Assembly: GCA_022706625.1 (NCBI GenBank)
Contig: JAKJCD010000001.1
Location: 10,251 to 40,591, forward strand
DNA: 30,341 nt
Source of the DNA: Bacillota bacterium
GTDB lineage: Bacteria > Bacillota > Clostridia > Peptostreptococcales > Anaerovoracaceae
Direction of reading: 5' to 3'
Part shown: one piece after another, positions 26,105 to 30,341 of the stretch
How positions within the stretch are numbered: the first letter of the stretch is position 1
How the letters are laid out: each line of letters begins with the position of its first letter
Made by a program: the position numbers and the translations under genes
Notes under the pieces: model-generated
What the model was told of the DNA's origin: nothing
Seen by the model: the letters and a program-made list of their open reading frames with translations, nothing else
The model's database searches: none

Positions 26105-27352
26105 TCAAGGCTTAGGAAGGGCTATTTTCCCTTCTATGGCGCTGGCGGCGGCAACTGCAGGAGAACCAAGATAAATATCAACAGAGGCAGGACCCATGCG
26201 CCCGAGAAAGTTTCTGTTGTTGGTTGCTACTATTCTTTCTCCTTCGCTCAGAATGCCGCCTGCCCTGCCGCAGCAGAGTCCGCAGCCAGGGTGTGTTATA
26301 ATTGCGCCGGCACTGATCAGAGTGTTGAGAATGCCGCTTCTTGCTGCCTGTTTATAAATCTCTCTGCTTGCCGGCGTTACTATCAGCCTGACATGGTCGG
26401 CGGCTTTTTTACCCTTCAGGATATCTGCGGCAACCGTAAGATCTTCGAGTCTTCCGTTTGTACAGGATCCGATAAAAACCTGATCGATAGGGATGCCTTC
26501 TAACTCGGCAACCGGTTTAATATTGTCCACAGAAGATGGGCAGGCCATGACCGGAACGATCTCCTCTGCATTATAGTGTATTTCATTTACGTAATCGGCA
26601 TCCCGGTCTCCGCTGATCTTTGGTAGATCTTCAAAAAGGATACCGCAGTATTCTGCAGTTTTCTCATCCGGTTCAAAAATAGCAGCCTTTGCTCCGGCCT
26701 CGACTGACATGTTTGCTATGGTCATGCGGGAAGCAATGCTCAAATCAAAAATCGTACTACCTGTGAATTCAAGTGCTTTATAGTTAGCTCCGTCGGCTCC
26801 CAAATCCCCTATAAGCCGAAGTACAATATCCTTTGCCGTCACGTTGTCCGGCAGCTTCCCATTTACTGTTACCCGAACAGTTTCCGGGACTTTTACCCAA
26901 AGCTGTCCCGTACCCAAAATTGCCGCCATCTCAGTGTAGCCTACCCCGGAGGAAAATGCGCCTATACTCCCATAGGTAGTTGTATGAGAGTCGGTACCGA
27001 ACACCACGTCTCCCGGTTTTACGTAGTGCGCCTCCAACATCAATTGGTGGCATATACCGTCACTCCTGTGGATATTCTTTATTTCGTATTTGTCGGCAAA
27101 AGAATCGCCGATCTTAAAATGACGGATGTCTTCCACACTGCTTGCCGGAACCAGGTGGTCGTAGATAAGCACCGCTTTAGAGGGGTCCCAGATTTTGCTG
27201 AAGCCCATTTCTTCAAATTTTTCGGCCACGAAGGGTATAAAGATATCATGTATCATTACCCGGTCCACATTTACGGTAACAATGTCGTTTGCCTGTATGT
27301 TATCCCTCTTTAAGTTGTTGATTATTATTTTTTCTATACTGGTATGTTTCAT
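26105..27352 (-). CDS. leuC: Aconitase-family dehydratase large subunit (LeuC/HacA/DmdA type), copy 2
   Basis: VMIHD, YDH, GICHQ, GTDSHT, NMSVEAGAK, FIGSCTNGR, GCGLC, TNNRNF.GRMG; 415 aa. Confidence 0.85.
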   Translation of the reverse strand: MKHTSIEKIIINNLKRDNIQANDIVTVNVDRVMIHDIFIPFVAEKFEEMGFSKIWDPSKAVLIYDHLVPASSVEDIRHFKIGDSFADKYEIKNIHRSDGICHQLMLEAHYVKPGDVVFGTDSHTTTYGSIGAFSSGVGYTEMAAILGTGQLWVKVPETVRVTVNGKLPDNVTAKDIVLRLIGDLGADGANYKALEFTGSTIFDLSIASRMTIANMSVEAGAKAAIFEPDEKTAEYCGILFEDLPKISGDRDADYVNEIHYNAEEIVPVMACPSSVDNIKPVAELEGIPIDQVFIGSCTNGRLEDLTVAADILKGKKAADHVRLIVTPASREIYKQAARSGILNTLISAGAIITHPGCGLCCGRAGGILSEGERIVATNNRNFLGRMGPASVDIYLGSPAVAAASAIEGKIALPKP

Positions 27353-27369
27353 CGGACCCTCTATATTAT

Positions 27370-27852
27370 TTATATGTTTTTATTTTTCATCGCCGCCACG
27401 AGCCCTCCGGCTTCAATGATCTCCATAAGATTTGGAGGCAGGGGAGCAAGATCATATTTAGCTTCCTTATATTCAATGTATTCTCCGATCACTGCAGCAA
27501 TGTATTCTCCTTCCGAAATTAGATCCGGGATCAGACTGTGTTCGATCAACAACAGGCCGTTGTTAATGGCATTTCGATAGAAGATCCTGGCAAAGGATTT
27601 AGCGATAACGCAGCCTATTTTAAGTTCCTTTATAATCTCCGGGGCCTGCTCACGAGAAGAACCGCATCCGAAATTCCTGCCTGCGACTATAATGTCTCCC
27701 GGGGCAATTAATTCTGCCAGTTCGGGACGAAGAGGCGAGAAAGCATACTTTTTCATTTCTTCGATTCTTTTCATAGCCAGATACTCCGTTGGTATGATAA
27801 TATCCGTGTCTATGTTATCACCCAATATCCAAATCTTTCCCTTGATTACCAT
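27370..27852 (-). CDS. leuD: Dehydratase small subunit (LeuD/HacB/DmdB type), copy 2
   Basis: DNIDTDIIIP.EYL, NFGCGSSREQAP, SFARIFYRNAIN.GL, GGL; 160 aa. Confidence 0.85.
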   Translation of the reverse strand: MVIKGKIWILGDNIDTDIIIPTEYLAMKRIEEMKKYAFSPLRPELAELIAPGDIIVAGRNFGCGSSREQAPEIIKELKIGCVIAKSFARIFYRNAINNGLLLIEHSLIPDLISEGEYIAAVIGEYIEYKEAKYDLAPLPPNLMEIIEAGGLVAAMKNKNI

Positions 27853-27895
27853 GCGCTACCTCACTATACAACGTTTTACCGGCTCTGTGGAATAT

Positions 27896-29140
27896 TCAGA
27901 CGGCACGAACTATTTTACCAGCCATGGCGGAGGCGGCCACTGTTGCTGCTGAACCTAAATAGACTTTTGACTCCTTATGGCCTGCTCTTCCTTTAAAGTT
28001 TCTTGTACCTGTAGATATAAGGACTTCACCTTCGCCGATAACACCCTGGCAGCTTCCCCAGCATACGCTGCAGTTGCTGTTCACGACCATTGCGCCCGCA
28101 TCAATAAATATACCCATAAGACCTTCTTCCAGAGCTTTCTGATAAACTGAATTTGAAGCGGGAGAGATCAGAAGCCTTACATGGTCTGCTATTCTCTGCC
28201 CTTTCAGGATTTCCGCAGCGATACGAAGATCTTCAATCCTTCCGCTGTTGCAGGAACCAATAAATGCCTGATCGATTTTCACATCTTTAACAGATTCTAC
28301 ATTGACGACATCGTCTATATTATCGGGCCTTGCCACTACAGGTTCAATTTTCCCCAGGTCATAGAAGTATTCTTTTTCATAACGGGCATTCTTATCGCTT
28401 TTGAAAAGGTGTTTGGCCTGACGCCCATGGGCCGAAAGATATTCGACCGCTTTTTCATCCGGTTCAAATATTCCCGTTTTAGCTCCTGCTTCTACCGCCA
28501 TATTTGTGAGTGCCATGCGATGGCCGATGCTCATGGCATGGGCTCCGCTGCCTGTAAATTCCATTGTCTTATAGGAGGCGCCGCCGGCACCTATATCGCC
28601 TATAATTGTTAAAATCAAGTCTCTCGGATAAACCCCCTCTCTAAAACTCCCGGATAAATGGAAAAGCAGGGTTTCCGGCACCAAGACCCATGATCTGCCC
28701 GTGACCATGGCATAAAGGAAGTCAGTATTACCCACACCCGTTCCGAAAGCTCCCAGGGCACCATAGGTGCAGGTATGGGAATCTGCCCCGAAAATTAATT
28801 CGCCTGATCGCACATACTCCTCCATCATGATTTGATGACACACGCCTTTTCCTTCATAAAAAGCGATTTCATGTGTTTTAGCAAAGTCGCGGATCTTCTT
28901 GTGGGCGGCAGCGGTCTTTGGACTGTCTGCCGGCATGTTGTGATCGATGATGAACACAAGCTTACTTTTGTCAGCGATCGCTGGGTTTTTAAGCATAGAG
29001 TTATACATGTCTATGGTCAGATGGGTTGTGCCGTCATTGCTCATCATCCTGTCAATGCTGACCGTGTGGATATCTCCGGCCTTTGCATGGTCGATATTTG
29101 CAGCCGCAGCAATGATTTTTTCACTGATTGTCATTCCCAT
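27896..29140 (-). CDS. leuC: Aconitase-family dehydratase large subunit (LeuC/HacA/DmdA type), copy 1
   Basis: GMTISEKI, MSND, IDH, GVCHQ, GADSHT, FIGSCNSGR, NCSVC, T.TRNFKGR.G; 414 aa. Confidence 0.85.
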   Translation of the reverse strand: MGMTISEKIIAAAANIDHAKAGDIHTVSIDRMMSNDGTTHLTIDMYNSMLKNPAIADKSKLVFIIDHNMPADSPKTAAAHKKIRDFAKTHEIAFYEGKGVCHQIMMEEYVRSGELIFGADSHTCTYGALGAFGTGVGNTDFLYAMVTGRSWVLVPETLLFHLSGSFREGVYPRDLILTIIGDIGAGGASYKTMEFTGSGAHAMSIGHRMALTNMAVEAGAKTGIFEPDEKAVEYLSAHGRQAKHLFKSDKNARYEKEYFYDLGKIEPVVARPDNIDDVVNVESVKDVKIDQAFIGSCNSGRIEDLRIAAEILKGQRIADHVRLLISPASNSVYQKALEEGLMGIFIDAGAMVVNSNCSVCWGSCQGVIGEGEVLISTGTRNFKGRAGHKESKVYLGSAATVAASAMAGKIVRAV

Positions 29141-29142
29141 TC

Positions 29143-29625
29143 TTAAAGAACCTCCTCGTTAAGAAAGCTGACCAGACCTCCATGGTCAAGTATTCTCTGC
29201 ATGATAGGCGATAGTTTTGTGCAGGACAGGATGTTATTTTCGATTTTAAGGGATCCTTTTGACAAGTCAAGCTCCGCCTGATCGCCATGGTGTGCTGCAT
29301 TGTAAGCTTCTTTACATATTATAGCGGGAAGTCCGATATTTATAGCGTTTCTAAAGAATATTCTTGAAAAAGACATCGCAATTACAGCTCTGATCCCCAG
29401 CTCCTTTAATATTCGCGGGGCCTGTTCCCTTGACGATCCACAACCAAAATTCTCGCCGGCAATTATGATGTCTCCGGATTTTACCACCTTTGCAAAATCC
29501 GGCAGAATCGGCTCAAAGGCAAAAGCCTTCATTTCGTCGATAGTCGGAAGAAGCAGGTATTGTGATGGTATAATCTGATCCGTATCTACATTATTGTTGA
29601 ATTTCCATATTTGTGATCTGTCCAC
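29143..29625 (-). CDS. leuD: Dehydratase small subunit (LeuD/HacB/DmdB type), copy 1
   Basis: NNVDTDQIIP.QYL, NFGCGSSREQAP, SFSRIFFRNAIN.GL; GTG start after AAGGAG. Confidence 0.85.
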   Translation of the reverse strand: MDRSQIWKFNNNVDTDQIIPSQYLLLPTIDEMKAFAFEPILPDFAKVVKSGDIIIAGENFGCGSSREQAPRILKELGIRAVIAMSFSRIFFRNAINIGLPAIICKEAYNAAHHGDQAELDLSKGSLKIENNILSCTKLSPIMQRILDHGGLVSFLNEEVL

Positions 29626-29667
29626 GAAGCTTCTCCTTGGTTCCGATAGCTATTAATATTGAAAACG

Positions 29668-29696
29668 ATTATACAGTATCGAGCATAAATATAAAA
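29668..29696 (-). promoter_or_regulatory. Putative promoter of the leuD-leuC-leuD-leuC operon
   Basis: Minus strand TTTTAT-N17-TATAAT, about 40 nt upstream of the GTG start; poor -35. Confidence 0.45.
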
Positions 29697-29739
29697 GCCC
29701 TTTTATTAAAACGAAGATAGGCGATCTGGAGAATAACGG

Positions 29740-29767
29740 TTGCAGGAAGTAACTAAAGTGATATAAT
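29740..29767 (+). promoter_or_regulatory. Putative plus-strand sigma-A promoter
   Basis: TTGCAG-N16-TATAAT with a TG-n extended -10. Confidence 0.4.
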
Positions 29768-30038
29768 TTAACACAGAGAGTATTATTTTATCAATGTTAT
29801 GTATTGACAACGGTGATTAAGATGCCTCCATAGGAATTATAATTAAAAGCACGATAGGATCTGTCTATTCGACAAACCAAGAGTTTAGCATTTTATTTAC
29901 ACACATGCGGAATTTAACAGATAAGGGAAAAGGTTTGTCGGAGGACCGGTTTTTGCTTGTGTCATAGTTAACTGAAAAGCCACATAAATATAACGGAGTC
30001 GAAATCATGATATCTTTGCTATGAAAGGAGGTTATATC

Positions 30039-30341
30039 ATGAAAACATTAAAAGAGATCGCCATAGCAAAAGGGCTTGATATTGCTCTTGATTATCTGGA
30101 CAGGGATATTGAAAAAAACCTTCCGAAAATGGTGGAATGGGTTGAAAGATTTGATGTCAACGGTAACGTCAAAACGGAATTGGATGCGATAAAAAAGACG
30201 GCATTGATATCCGGAAGCAACTGGAACAGTTATGTACTAAATATACGGAATACGGTTGACTTATCTGTTATCAAGCAGTTTTTTACAAATTTTATTGTTT
30301 ACAGCAATATTTTAGGTAAATCTAAACGGCTTGAGATCGGA
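30039..30341 (+). CDS. N-terminal fragment (101 codons, runs off the window) of a probable Firmicutes radical SAM protein
   Basis: Perfect GAAAGGAGGT SD; MKTLKEIAIAKGLDIALDYLDRDIEKNLPKMVEWV...NWNSYV...DLSVIKQFFTNFIV..ILG resembles the N-terminus that precedes the CxxxCxxC motif in a common clostridial radical SAM family. The motif itself lies outside the window. Confidence 0.55.
   Translation, partial: MKTLKEIAIAKGLDIALDYLDRDIEKNLPKMVEWVERFDVNGNVKTELDAIKKTALISGSNWNSYVLNIRNTVDLSVIKQFFTNFIVYSNILGKSKRLEIG

Noticed and set aside
29905-29967. 20-codon ORF in the last intergenic region
   Set aside because: No SD and no distinguishing features.

Overview
Chromosomal window from a low-GC Gram-positive anaerobe (Clostridia-like gene content and Shine-Dalgarno usage). 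From left to right it holds: (1) a 5'-truncated MMPL/RND transporter with a secreted X3-Leu-X2-Gly heptad-repeat partner; (2) a small unknown ORF, DUF5685, a J-domain/TPR/Cys-tail protein, a SPOR protein, rarA and an ispH-rpsA fusion; (3) recN and argR on the minus strand, divergent from ruvC-ruvA-ruvB-spoIID/lytB-like-queA-tgt-metA-rlmD; (4) an accessory locus of about 5.3 kb that looks like a SipW/TasA-type extracellular fibre (biofilm matrix) system. This locus has an orphan NarL/LuxR regulator whose phospho-acceptor Asp is replaced by Glu, three proteins with SipW-class signal peptides, a SipW fused to a large polytopic membrane domain, and a DUF5305-like membrane protein; (5) two divergent LeuD/LeuC-like (HacAB/DmdAB-size) dehydratase pairs in tandem with no leuA/leuB; (6) the N-terminus of a probable radical SAM protein. 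I found no tRNA, rRNA, CRISPR array, integrase or transposase. The SipW locus is the best candidate for an under-described system. Other notable signals are a perfect internal SD/ATG at the IspH-S1 junction, an apparent in-frame loss of the Cys/His segment of the SpoIID-like protein, terpene-synthase-like Asp motifs in DUF5685, and a TRAM-less RlmD. All family assignments come from motif recognition by eye; no database searches were run.
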